From assembly GCA_024137785.1 (NCBI GenBank), contig JAHRHZ010000144.1, positions 19,216,317-19,280,316 on the forward strand: a stretch of DNA of 64,000 bases, in the 5' to 3' direction. Origin of the DNA: Ginglymostoma cirratum (taxonomy: Eukaryota). Below the pieces are notes generated by a model. The model worked only from the letters and a program-made list of their open reading frames with translations. It searched no databases and had not been told where the DNA came from. Of the stretch, positions 12,741 to 25,721 are shown piece by piece. The position numbers and the translations under genes are program-made. Every line of letters starts with the position of its first letter. The stretch's first letter is position 1.

Positions 12741-13664
12741 ACACAATAAATACAAGCGAGGTACAACCAACTGTTTAGAGAAATTTGTGTTTTCTAATTT
12801 CCAGACAGTTCTGCATACTGAGCTGGAAACATTGCTGCCGTTTGGTGAATGAGTATGAACCACAGACTACCACTCCCTGCTGAATCAGATGTAATTTCAG
12901 TTTATTACAAGGTTAAAAAAAAAATGAGCAGCCAGGGTTGGAATTTGGCATCTGCTAAGTTGCAACATCCCCTCATCAAGGCCTACAATTCAATAGCATG
13001 TTCTTCTCCACTTGGTCTATAGGCCTGGAGATTGTCTTGAGATTTGTCTGCTCATTTTAACACGTAATTGTGCAAAAAATTAGATCCATTTTACTCATAT
13101 CATCGGTATGTTTTAGAAACTTCATCATCAGGGCCTCCAAATCTTCTCTGTATGTTGTATGCAGCCATCTACTGCCTCTCAGATTACTTTTAGGCTTGTC
13201 CTCCAACAAGTTAATATGGTGCCTTTCTTCATTTAAATGATAAAAGGAGAAGCATAAATATATGTTTAAGTTAGCCAGTGTTGAGTCATGTTGCTTTATA
13301 GAGGAATTCACCATAACTGTACTTTTGATCATGGAATGAAAATTGTGTCCCTCAATTGAAGAGCAGATAAGTAGCTTAGGAGATAAGTTCATGATAGAAC
13401 ACTGCAAATGTTTAAAACAGCCAATTTAAAAGACCAAAGTCCCTAAGCAGCAATTAGACACATGCCTAGCTTAATTTTTTTTTTTAAAAAAGATATTTGT
13501 AGAGAGCCAACTGTTATCCAGGGCAGCTAGAGAATTCTCTTGCTCTTCGAATAGGACCACAGGATCTCTTAAATTTATCACAGAAGGGAAATACTGGTCT
13601 AAAGTTGCATTCAGAAAATAAAATTTATAACAGTACAGCAGTCTTTCGGTAGTATAGTGCACAC

Positions 13665-16625
13665 CACAACACGAAGCAGAAGTAGGCCACTTGGCCCATC
13701 GAATCCGCTGCAGCATTCAACAAAATCGTAGCTGATCTGATAGTCAATGAACTGACTTTTTTTGTCTTTTCTCCATAACCCTTCATTCCCTTACAGATTG
13801 AAAATCTGTGTCAGCATTTAATACCTGTTTATTCATTCACGGGATGAGGGAGTCACTGGTTAGGCAGCATTTATTGCCCATCCCTAATTGCCTAGAGGAC
13901 AGTTGAGAGTCAACCACATTGCTGTGGGTTTGGAGTCACATGTAGGCCAGACCAGGTAGGGATGGCAGTTTCCTTCCCTAAAGGACATTCGTGAACCAGG
14001 TGGGTGGTTTTTCCTGACAATTGGCAATGGATTCATGGTCATCATTAGATTCTTAATTCCAGATATTTTACTGAATTCAAATTCCACCATCTGCCATGGC
14101 GGGATTCGAACCCAGGTCCCCAGAACATTACCTAGATCTCTGGATTAACAGTCCGGTGATAAAACCACGAGGCCATCGCCTTCCCAACAGCGTTACTGAC
14201 CCCGCTCCTATCGCCTTCTGAGGTAAAGAATTCTGTAAATTCACTGCCCTGCTAAGAAATTCCTCCTGTATGTTTTAAATGGGCAAACAGATTATGCCAT
14301 ATGGTCCTAGACTCTCCCACCAGGGGAAACAATCTTTCCACATCTATCCTGTCGAGCCCCTTAAGAATAGTGTATGTCACAATAAGGTTGTAGCTCATTC
14401 TTTTAATTTTCAATGAGTACAGCCCTAAATTACTTAACATTTCCTCATAAGAAAATTCTTCCATAGCCAGTACCAACCTCGTTAGCCTTCTATAGAGTCC
14501 AATGGCAGGACATCTTTCTTAGGTTAGGGGACCAAAGTTGTTCAGTGTTCCAGGTCTGATATAACTAGTGCCTTGTATAGTTACAGCAAGGCTTCCCTAT
14601 TTTCCTGATCCATTCCCTTTAAAGTAAATGCCAACTTTCCATTTGCTTTCCCTGTTACCTGCTTATCTTGTATGCTAGCTTTTTGCAATTCAGTTACAAG
14701 GACTCCAAAATCCCTCTGTGCTGCAGTTTTTTGCAGTCTTTGACCATTTAAATTAGATTTACCTTTTCTATTCTTCCTACTCAAGAATATTCCATATTTT
14801 TCCAAATTATATTCCATCTGCCACGTTTTTACAACTCACTAACCTATCCTCACCACTCGTCTTCTGCCCTATTTTTGAGTCATCTACAAACTTCTGTAAA
14901 TTCATCAGGCATGGTTTCCACTTTGAAGCCATCTGCATGATTCATTATGCATTTCTAAATGCTCTACTGTTACAGCCTCTACAACATACCCTAATATTTG
15001 TCATTGAGAAAATGTTAAGCCAACTGACCAATAGGTACCTTTTTTTTGTATCTACTTCCACTTTTGAAGTATAATGTAACATCCTCAAGGGCTTTTCCAG
15101 AATCGAAGAATTTTTGGAAGATAACTACTACTGCAACCATTTCCCCTAATAGCTGACAATGCAACCAATTAGGGGCAAAAGACTTTGCATCGTTAGCCCC
15201 ATTAATTTCCCTCGAGCTTTTTCTCAAGTGATTGTTGTTCCATTTATTTCCTCCCCACATTTTGTCCCATGATTTGGTATTTTTGGAATGTCATTAGTAA
15301 CCTCTACCACAATGGCTAATGCGTAGTATTTATTCAGCTTCTCCATTTCCCAGTTTCCCATTTTTAATGTGACAGTATGTTCGCTTCCACCTCTTGCTTC
15401 CTTTTCATGTTTAAAGAAGCACTTATTGACATTTTTATATTACTTGCTAGTTTACACTCAGTTTATTTTCCGTCTCGTTTCATTTGGTCATTTATTTAAT
15501 TTGGATTTTAAACGTTTCCCAATCATCTAGTTTACCACTAATCTTTGTCACACTATCATTTTTCTATTCATTTGATGCTGTCTTTAATTTCTTCAGTTTG
15601 CCATGGTTGCCTTATCCCCTCCTTAGTATCCTTCTTCCTCACTGGGATATACATTTGCTGTAAGTCAGAAACTATTTTCTTAAATGTCTGCCATCGTTCA
15701 ATCACCATTTTTTCCATTAAACATATTTCCTAATCTACCCCTGCTAACTCTCTCCTTATTCCTTGGTAATTACCCTTATGTAAGTTTAACACAGTTGTTT
15801 CCAAACAAATTTTCTCTCAAATTAAATGCTAAATTCCACCATGTTATGGTGGCTGTTTCCTAGGGGATCATCTACTCTGACGTTATTTATGAAACCTGCC
15901 ATATGACAAGATCCAAAATAGCCTGATCTCTGTTCGGATCCACAACATCCCAAACATACTCTGTCCTCTTCCCTGTAGCTACTTTTCAATGTGATTTTCC
16001 CAATCAACAAGATAATCAAACCACCCATGATTAATATACTGTTTTTCCAATACCATCATTGTGTCCTGAAGTGTTCTCTTCATACAGTATTGCTGTTGTT
16101 ATGGGACCTGGAGTCCCACCAGTGTCTTCTCACATTTTGTTTTACATTTGCGGACACAGATTTTCCATATTTGATCAAAGATCATTTTGTGTATCATATT
16201 TATCCCACCTTGGATTAACAAAGCTACCCCACTACCCTTCCCTTCCCACCTCTCCTTTTGAAAAGTCATATAACATTGAATAATTATTCCTGGTTTTGTT
16301 CTCCTTGTAAGCACATCTCTATGATGGCTATACTATACACAGTGATCTCCATTAAGCCATGAATTCACTTATTGTATTTTGAGTACTGTATGCTTTAAAA
16401 GAGACAGAATTGTTGCTTCTTCAACACTTTTTCTTCCGTTGACTCCATTTGGTTTTTTTTTAATGTTTGTACACTGTCAGTTCCTGCCCCATCCTCAGTT
16501 TCATTACCCTAATAACTGTCCTGCAATAAAGTCATATCCTTTTCCTTCCTGACAGTATGAAATCCCTCTCCAGTATGTTTCCCCCTCTATTTTTAGTTTA
16601 AATTCCTCTCTATGGTGTAAGTTAT
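13665..16625 (-). mobile_element. CR1 LINE relic (ORF1 end, EN, RT, 3' tail) interrupted by a SINE
   Basis: Minus-strand peptides SYEEMLSNLGLYSL..TYTILKGLDRIDVERLFPL, QRDFGVLV..KANGKLAF, DPLGNSHHNMVEF, GKGSGVALLI in EN-RT order; CR1 tail at ~13670-13740. Confidence 0.92.
13828..14185 (-). mobile_element. SacSINE1-like DeuSINE nested in CR1
   Basis: Minus-strand tRNA head GGCGATGGCCTCGTGG...GGTTCGAATCCC (perfect B box); TCCTTTAGGGAAGGAAACTGCC core; TGAATGAATAAA tail; CR1 3' region continues on both sides. Confidence 0.9.
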
Positions 16626-17103
16626 GAGATGCCAGAACACTAGAACCTGCATGTGCTAGCCTAGATTAGACATTACAGTCTTTGGATTTTGGCTTGTCTT
16701 CACATCCTTCTGACTCCAATGCAAGACACTGAGGAAAGGCTGGTAAACTAAACTAAATCTTTCCACAGTCAAGAAAAAGTTTGCTCGTCTCCTTTGCAGA
16801 ACTATCCTGGAGGCTGTACTACATAAATTACAGATTTTGTAGTCAGTTAAGAATAAAGTCCTAAGATTACTGCAGGTAGAAAGTATTGGTTGTAACAAGG
16901 AATCTAGGCAAGTATTTGAAAAAAAAGTGCTGAGGAGGTTCATGAGATATAAATTTGAATTTAAGATTTATAGCAGGAGTTAGCTAGTCTCACAAATGAT
17001 GGTTTACAGAAGTTTACAAATGGTTTACACTTGAATTAACAACAATTAACTTTTGGACGACGTTTCCTTCTCAGCTCAGTTCTACTCCTCAAACTGTAAC
17101 TAA

Positions 17104-17820
17104 GGCTGGAATTTTCCAATCTGGATCATGACCTTTATTTTCGACAGATCAGACTAAAGGTCACTGAAAAAGGCCTTTTGCGGAATTTATTTTTAGGCAA
17201 GGTTTTCAGCCAGGAGCTTTCCCAGCTAAAGTGGCATCTACAAACCCAAGGGTCCACGAAGAAAGCAATGGAAATGACTGATGCTAAAACCACGCTCTCT
17301 TTTTCAGAAGCATACACGGTATTTTGTGGTTCAAAGGTCCGTAAGCCACTTTAGCAGCTAAACGTGCAGATTAAGTCAGGGCCTGTAGACACCACCTGGA
17401 TGAGGTAAGCACAGGGAGCTGGGGGGTGTTGGGTCTGGAAGGGATCAGGGTTGGGGGAGGGTGAAGATCAGGGAAGAGTTAGTTTTGGTTAAAGTACCTG
17501 TGGATCAGAAGACTTGGACTCATTCGTGAAGTTGGGGTGAGGGTTTCAGGTTTTATTGTTAACTAGAAGTTAGAGCAAATTTTAATTTCTCTAACTTTCA
17601 ACTAGGTGAGCCAAAAGTCTCTGAAGTGTTTTGACTGCAGCTCAGATTTGGGGACTGTTCTTAGATGGTTCTAGATGCTGGGTAATTGTCCGTTGGATGT
17701 TTCAATTTCCCAGGCAATTCCCAGAGTCAGTTACATTGGAATTTCCACATGATCCCAATATGTAACTCCAGTCTATGCTGCTGTAACAACTATCTTCCAG
17801 TCAGAAGATCTGGGCCTGAA
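17104..17820 (+). repeat. Unclassified ancient interspersed repeat, family A (possibly non-autonomous DNA transposon)
   Basis: 17681-17756 aligns by eye with 48512-48587, 25188-25222 and 33551-33591; all are preceded by a G-rich tract. Confidence 0.55.
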
Positions 17821-20629
17821 ATTTAATATGGCAGATATTTTTCTTTTGTTAACAAACAGGACTACAGCAAAACTCATTCCAAACTACTTGGTTTTGTTTG
17901 CAGATTAACACAGACTTCTCATATCTGCAGGGGGCATTTGGGGTAAAAAGGATATTCCACCTCAATTCTGGGCTTCATGACATATCTGTTGATAAGGTTA
18001 TCAGTAGGAAATCAAAGGCAATTTCTTTAATTATTTTGCCCATGGCAGATGTCAGCCACTGGTGCATCAGAACCACATTTGGGTCACCTTCCACTGACAT
18101 AAGGTCAGAAAATCAATTTGCAGACTCTTGCTGGAAGTTGGGGCAGGTATTTGTTGTCCTCTGAGAGGAGTTTAGGTATCCCCCCAGCCTCTACTGCAAA
18201 TAGGATGCTTTGAAAATTAATGTTTGTGGCTAAATATTCAGGGAATTGAGATCAAGACCCTAGCTTAGGCCCTCATTTTAGCGCACATGTTCAGTGCTCG
18301 AAGATTGCCATCAGTGATGACCAGATACTTCTCTGCTGGCTATACAGAACTTCCCAAGGAGACTTAGGGAACAGAAACATTCACAACGTTCCATCTCAGC
18401 CTTTCTATCTCACCCTATATTAGGCTGTTTTTCTTTTTCCTTGATTCCACCCCAAAGCTGTATTCTTAGATACAAGGCCAGGACCCAGCATATTGGTTTC
18501 CAGGAATTCAAATGCTTTTTGTCAGCAAACAAAACAAAACCTCTGTTTGAACCAAGTCAAGCACTCAACATTAGTCAAGTGGTAAAGCCTTACCAAACCA
18601 ATGGGGTCGAGTCAGCAAAGTCTGAAAAGCGTATTTAACCTCACACTAGAAAAGACATCTTGCATTTTAACAGTCACTTCTTTTCAGTTATTTCATCAGT
18701 TCTCGAGAGTAACAATGCAACTGATTCATTCTGATTTAGGCACAAAATGTATTCTAGTGGCACACGTCGTAATCTCTTTTCTCTGTATTGCTTTTGAAAC
18801 TTTATGAATGAATGAGCACCCTAAAAGCTATTTAATTTGAACAGCTTGTGCTAAATTTAGCCAGCCAATTTTGCCCCTGAAATGAATAATATAATTATGC
18901 TAATTTGAAATGACACTTGGTTTTAAATCAGCTGTCAAAAGATGCGCAGTTTCATTGCAAGGACCTGGACATCCACCATATTAAGTTGCTCATGCAGCTC
19001 TACAGTGTATCATCATATATACTCTGGCACGATACACAATTTACAATTGAATCATAAAAGTAAAGGTGACAGGAAACAACGTCTTTAAAGAATAATGCTT
19101 AATGCAATACACTTCTTCCACAGCATCTAAAAATTGCATTGCAAAGATGTGACTACTTGCCTAATTCAACATAGATCACAGAAGATATTATAAAATATGA
19201 GCTGCACAATGATTCAGTCACTTAAGATACCACCTTAGTACAGCACTGACTGACAAATCCAGCTCACTTCTTAGTTTTTGCAAGTTAGTTCTTTTCAGCT
19301 CAACCAGCAGGAAAGTTACTATGAATAACCTTCCTAGTAGACTAGGGAGGGTTTACAATAAAGGTCAACCAAATTTCCCATGAAATCTTCCTGAAATACA
19401 CAGAAGTGTAGATTTTACATTAAAGTTCTCCCATCCCATAATGGAACGGTTTGCAAATACACAAAGCCAACTTTTGGCTGTGGTAACAGAGGGCACTTCA
19501 CGTCCATGGTATTGTATCCGAATTCAACTGGAAATAGCATCAAGGTTAAAACAAAATCTAATTCATTTTTAACGGGCTCATAATCTAGAAAAAAAGGGAC
19601 GTGGTAGAAACATTTAAGATTTTTCCATAATTCACTGCTATAGCAGTGTTGAAGAAAGAAGTGTCTTGGCTGCTGAGCACCAATCTGAAGCACTAAATTT
19701 TACCAGCTCCACTTCATGTGCCCTTCATGTCAGGCACATCAAAATTAAAAGTTGCCACTGCCCTTGAATTGTAGAAGGGAATATTTATCCAATACCAGAT
19801 CATGTATATTGCAAATTAGATAGTATTTGCATATACAGGGACACTGAGCAATGAATATGCTAATATGACGATACACAGATATTTAAGGTTAACCTTTTGG
19901 CGAATTCAGGCCGTGAAATTCCACTTGTGAACAATTTTTAAGTGTTTACAACTAAATGATGGACTATTTTTATTCTTGTAAGTACATATATAGTGAAAGT
20001 GGCAGCGCTTACCGTTGCCTGGAGTTTACGTGCAGCCAGATATCAACAAAACACTACCAAATGTCAGAATTCAAAGAAAGAAACAAGCATTATTGGACAG
20101 GAAACCACTACGTTCAGTAATGCTGTTGTATGTTTCCTGTATGAACTCCAGGGAGTTTAGACATCCAGATAAAAGTACGAGCATCAACTTCCTACAGGCC
20201 ATCAAAACAAGGGAAAGAATACCAGTTATTGTAATATTACCAATGTATCAGATCGCTACATTTACAATTAAAACACATTCAACAAGCTTCAGCACTAATC
20301 CATGAAAAAATCATCCCCGATCAATGTCATAGAACTTTGACGGGACTAGATAAATAATCTTGCTCAGCACTGTGCTCTGTTTTTTCAGCTAACAAGAAAT
20401 CTTTGAAAAAACAACTTATTGATTAGTTGCGAGATGCACAGAGGCTCACATTTCAACTCTAGTCTTCTGTTCTTAATTTATTTTCTTGTGTGAAAATAAG
20501 TCACCATCACAGAACTAAAGGGTTTATATCTGGAATTTTTCAGAGGTTAAAAACGGTCCCTTCCCTTCGTTGATTAAAAAAAAAAAATCAGAGCACACAT
20601 ATTCTTGTAGGCACTCTTTTGGCAAATTA

Positions 20630-21410
20630 ACCTACCAGAATCAAGGTCTGGATGTGCTGAGTAAGGACGACTTGCAAATGATCTAAAAACGGTGGGCGAG
20701 TCCAATTTCCAGAGTTCCTGACCCCATTCCTAGATTTTCCAATTTTCACCACAGTCTACGAAGTCACAAGCTCTCACACCCTTAATGCTGGACAAGGCCA
20801 GTTCCATTGCAGCATTAGACGTGGTCCACCCTTCCTCAATTTTTGTGGAGTCCGGCCAGATTTAAAGAGTCATAGGTCTCCGCACCTCAGAAGTTCAGTA
20901 ACCCCTGGTCTGCATGGGGGAACCTCCTGAAAGGTAAATTCAAAAGGTCTTCTTCATGCTTTCTCCCACTCCCCACACGAGATGGTGACTCTTCAACCAC
21001 CAACATGCCAACTATGTTTCACCACCCACCAACTTACTCATGGCCCCTCATGCTCCACTACGGTACTTCCACGACCATTCATGTACACGCAGCATCAAAG
21101 AAAAATCTGTATTGTAGTTGGGTGTGTACAATAAAACATACAAACAGTCATTCATTGATAACTTGCCATTACGTTCAAAAGAAACCTTTAACTATAACCC
21201 AGGAGCGTCAATTATTCAAAGACATTGAGGTTTCAATAGCTGAATTTGCAAGAGCATTAAACTTTGTGTAAATAACATTTTGAAATTGATAGTAGATATC
21301 AGAGAGCCCAGAGCTGTCAATCAAGCAGGGGCTCTGTGTTTCCAAGAGTCCAATGAATTTTTGGGCTCTCAACCAGGCTCATATGTATTCTTGGCCCTGT
21401 CCACTACCCT
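20630..21410. repeat. Unclassified ancient interspersed repeat, family B
   Basis: C-rich CCA/CATGCCCC tract followed by AAACA.TC...TCAT and TGTCAATCAA blocks; similar layout at ~53970-54600. Confidence 0.4.
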
Positions 21411-21479
21411 GAACGGGAATTGTCAGTAAAAGAAAAAAGCATCAATGCACTAGTCTAGAAGCATGCATCATCAGAACCG

Positions 21480-22420
21480 ATCTAGGAAAGATGAACAAGG
21501 AAAGATGGGAATGGGGTCCTTACAGGGATGCAAATTATGAGGAATTGTTGTTTAGATAGCAGTAGGAATGTATGGGGTTTGCAGTGAACATTATTAGATA
21601 GTTCTCTCCAGAAATGGAGACAAAAAAATTGAGGAAGAGAAGGGAACATGTTTGGAAGTAAAGTCACCAAAATGTGTTGTTCACAGTTTGAGTAGAAGGC
21701 AGTACTAACAAAGTTATCAATATGCCAGAAAGGGAGGTGCGGGAGGGTACCAGAATAAGACCGAAATAATGGATGCTCTGCATATGCCATAAAACAGCTG
21801 CTACTGGCACCTGTACAGGTATTTTGTTTGGAGGAAGCGAGTGGAATTGAAGGAGTTGTTACTCAGAGTAGGGACAAGCGGAGTCAAGTAAAGGAGGATG
21901 GTAGTGGGTGAGGTCTGATTGGGCTTATGCTCAAGGAAGAAGCAGAGACAGTGCTGGTGGGGTTGCAGGCATTGACGGATTAGTATCAACACTGAAGAGG
22001 TGGTGGTTAGTACCAAGAGATTGGAAAACCTTTGAAATGACATAAGGCATCAGAAGAGTTGTGGAGGAACAGTTTGTACAAGTGGAGAAATAAATGGAGT
22101 CAAGTTAGGAAGAAATAGCAGGGCAGAAACAGGCTAAAACAATGGGTTGACTAAGACAATCTTGATTATGGATCTTGGGAAAGGGGTAGACATGAGCCAT
22201 ATAGGAATTAGGAGCTATGACATTGGAGGTAGTGGAAGAAAGATCACCAGAAGTTATGAGCTCCATGACTCTACAGAAAGCAATGGCTTGATATTCAGTC
22301 GTGGGGTCATGGCTCAGGAAAGGATAAGCAGAAGTGCAGAGTTGGTATTTTGCCTCTGCAAAATGTAGAGGTCAAGTACCAGCTATCACTACTGCTGCCC
22401 TTGTCAGTGAGTTGGATGGC
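21480..22420 (-). mobile_element. Penelope-like element reverse transcriptase relic
   Basis: Minus-strand peptides TLSNNSFNSTRFLQTK and MAYAEHPLFRSYSGTLPHLPFWHIDN (cf. PLE RT FSFNxxHFLQxKG...YVEQSLF...FLRYIDD). Confidence 0.8.
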
Positions 22421-22514
22421 AATCGCTGACTTTGGGCACTGTATTTCAAAATCCTTTCATATTCACCCTGTCACAAACCTTTTCATTTGTTCTTCAAACC
22501 CTTTCTTCAGGGTT

Positions 22515-22852
22515 TGGGGCAGAATGGTGACTCAGTGGTTAGTGCCTCACAGCACCATACCCAGGTTTAATTCCAGTCTCAAACAACTGTCTGTGTGGAG
22601 TGTGCACATTCTTCCCATGTCTGTGGGGTTTCCTCCCACAGTCCAAAGATGTGCAGGTTTAGTAGATTGGCCATGCTAAATTGCCCATAGTGTCCAGGGA
22701 AATGCAGACTAGGTGGATTAGCCATGGGAAATGTAGGGTTATAGGGGCAGGGTACAGGGGTGGGTCTAGTGGGATGCTCTTTGGAGGGTCAGTGTGGACT
22801 TGATGGGCTGAATGGCCTGTTTTCACACTGTAAGAGATTCTACGATCCTATG
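22515..22852 (+). mobile_element. HE1-like tRNA-derived V-SINE
   Basis: GGTGACTCAGTGGTTAG A box, CCAGGTTTAATTCC B box, CCTCCCACAGTCCAAAGATGTGCAGG core, LINE-like tail ending GATTCTACGATCCTATGA. Confidence 0.92.
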
Positions 22853-22854
22853 AG

Positions 22855-22978
22855 CTGCTCTGAAGAGGAGTCGCTGAACATAAAATGTTAACTCTGATTT
22901 TTCTCCAGAGATGCTGCCAGGTCTGCTGGGTTTTTCCTTCAATTTCCAGTGTCCACAGTTCTTTTGGTGTTTTGTTTA
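22855..22978 (+). mobile_element. Penelope-like pseudo-LTR end with decayed hammerhead motif
   Basis: CTGAAGAGGAGTC...AAAATGTTAACTCTG...AGATGCTGCCAG, homologous to 57732-57865. Confidence 0.75.
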
Positions 22979-24899
22979 GAGTATGACAAAAGTTTAGGTC
23001 TACACTATTACATGCAGCGAAATCTATTCGTACAAAATTTCATTTCCAATCTCTACTTTTCTGCCCCCTTCTAAATACACTGATTGATCAAATGGTAGAG
23101 TTTCAAGTAATCCTTCCCCTCATAAATATTGTAATCTTCTAAAATCTAGCTAGTGAATGCTGTCAGTGTCAAATGTCAAGATCACAACTTAATTCTGCTC
23201 TCACTTAAACATGCAATGCTGCAAATCGAAGGAACAATTGTATTTGAAAAGTAAGAGGATACTCTGAAAGGGTGGAGGTAAATAGATCATAAGCCATAAC
23301 AAAAACATTAGGGGATGAAATTGGAAAAATATACAACCATTAGAATTCAGCACAAACAAGTAAAAACCAGGAGTTATTTATAGAAATTACAGAAAAGAAC
23401 TTTCAAGAGGCTCCAACTGATGCATGGAAATTAGTGGGAAGTAAAATGTTGTGCATTTAGGCAAAACAAGACCTTTCTGACGCAAGCAATCTAATACAGT
23501 TGATGGTTTCAGACTTCAGACACAAAATTGCATTAAGCAAATTGAAAAAAGTCATTTCACAATCTAATTTCTCCACTGAATGATGGAGGTAACATTACAG
23601 TTTTAAAAGATGTTTAAAATATTTACATAGGGGAAAATATCACTTCGCAATCTGCTCACAGTATTTAGTTAACCATACAATATCCCGTTTGGTTTTGCAG
23701 TGACAGCAAATGCGTGAAATTGCCAAATAATGTCAATTAGTTTGGCTTACCTTAAAAATATAGGCTGCCAGATTTGAAAATGCAATCAGATATGTTCACC
23801 GTTAAATACAAAATGAATAAATAAATAATACTTCAGTTTTAACTGGTAGTGAATGATGTAGCAATTATTTTTCATTATCATTAAGCAGAATTGAAGTGCA
23901 TACCTCTAGAGGAGATCTGCCACGTTTTCTAATTTGAGAAATCAATCGTACCCTGAAAAATAAATAATTTCAGTCAATCACAAATCAAAATTATAATTCA
24001 ACATCATACATGGAGCTGTTTTTCAAAATAATGTTCTAACTGATCTTTCTAATTCAAAAAAATAGTCACTTCAAAATAGTCTTACAGGCTGATGCACTGA
24101 ATTGCATAATTTCTATTCCTAAATGACTATATGATGATTCTACCGTGGTCTGATTCAGGCCCTTCACACACAAAAAAGAAAACCCAATTGACTCTGTTGG
24201 ATCAGAAGCTACTGCCAGTGAAAACTGCTCTTGTAGTAGAGCTGATAGTTCTGCAACCTCAGAAAAATCCAAGCGCGGTGGGAAGTGAAAGGAATCAGCT
24301 GTTAGACAGCTATGATAATTTGAAAGGATGCTGCTGCATTCTCATCTGTTTAAGGGCATGTTGGGAGTTAGCAACATATCCTCCCCAATGAGGATTTTAA
24401 TTGCAACCAGTGAAGCGTATCCCTTGGATCAAAGCCCCAATACTTTACAATGTCATGCCAGGAAACCAAGAAATAACGAGCTCAGCAAATTCAGGCTGAC
24501 AAAGGCCCAACTATCCTATAGATCTCAATAGGTGAGTTTTCAAAACAAAACTTTGTACACTTTTATTAGAAGTATTATAATGTGAAGCCTCAGACAAAAG
24601 TAATCATATCTTCAAGTGGCGTCTAGGAAGTAGTAAATTACTTGATGACTTGCTATGCAGAAATTGCAAACAGCTGAGCAGCTACTTGGCTACGTATCTG
24701 GCACATTACTAAGAAATGACACAAATGGATGGTTTTGATTAAACATTAAATATGGCAGTGGTCAATAAAGCTTTTCTACCCAGCAAAGTAGGTCATGAAT
24801 TTTCAGACGTTTCAGATTTAGAACATTTTTATTTAAACTAAATAGATTGATCTACAGAATTGAAATAAACATCTCTACTATTTATGCATCTATACTCTA

Positions 24900-25315
24900 A
24901 ATTCCCACGAATAGGAACTTTTCAAGTCCAACTGACAGGTGGAGTGGGGTTGTGTTGGGAAAATCTGCTGAGGTGGTGGTGTGGTCAGTCCCAGCAGGGG
25001 CGGTGAAGGAAGGGTCAAGGCCTAAGGGCAGAGGTGTAATTGCAGACATATGATAAATTGAGCCAGTTTAATAATCATTCATGAGTTAGTCAAGGTTTTT
25101 AAATTATCCAACTTTTCCTGAATAACTGCTTAATTAACTGTCGTGGAGCCTCTGATGTAAGTAGATACTTTGAGGCTTCTAGGCACAGGGAAATTGCCCA
25201 TCGGACTCTTCAATTCCCTCAGTCTATTACGTCAGGGATTCCCAGGTTCTCATGCGCAACCCCTATCTTTACACTGGAAACAATTATATGTTCATCAGAA
25301 AATTCCCAAGTCTGT
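24900..25315 (+). repeat. Unclassified repeat family A copy
   Basis: G-rich tract, then TTTTTAAATTATCCAACTTTTCCTGAATAACT and GGGAAATTGCCC...TTCAATTCCC blocks shared with the 17.6, 33.5 and 48.5 kb copies. Confidence 0.5.
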
Positions 25316-25721
25316 ACTTCTCCCCATTGAATTCATTTTACTGATTAGAAAGGTCAATTTGAAATGGGAACAGCAGCTAGTTCTATCCTGCAGCACTTGG
25401 AAACTGAGTGTTAAGAACATATGCAATTTGAAATCACAACATGATATGGATTTTTGTACTGTCATATAAGAGTGCTGGAATATTTGAACACAGCATTCAG
25501 ATTCTTTTGTCACTGATTAGCTATTTAGATACTGTCTGAGAAAGAACAAATGGTGTCCTGAATGTGCACTATTTACGCACATTCAGAAATATTACATCAC
25601 TCCCAAGAACAATTTTCTGACTTTTCCCATAACCTTGTTAGGGTAGCACCTTAAAATAATGTATTAAAATTTGGTAAAAGAAATAAGCTGAATTATGCCA
25701 AATGCACTTTTAGGCACACAA

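Noticed and set aside
12581-12778. Lys-rich ORF
   Set aside because: Translation of an A-rich tract inside a repeat.
20013-20018. 6-nt minus-strand microexon GCAACG (CCAG|..|GTAAGC)
   Set aside because: Poor pyrimidine tract next to the AG and a competing upstream AG.
24066-24400. Coding-looking block open on both strands
   Set aside because: No recognisable protein motif and no convincing paired splice sites.
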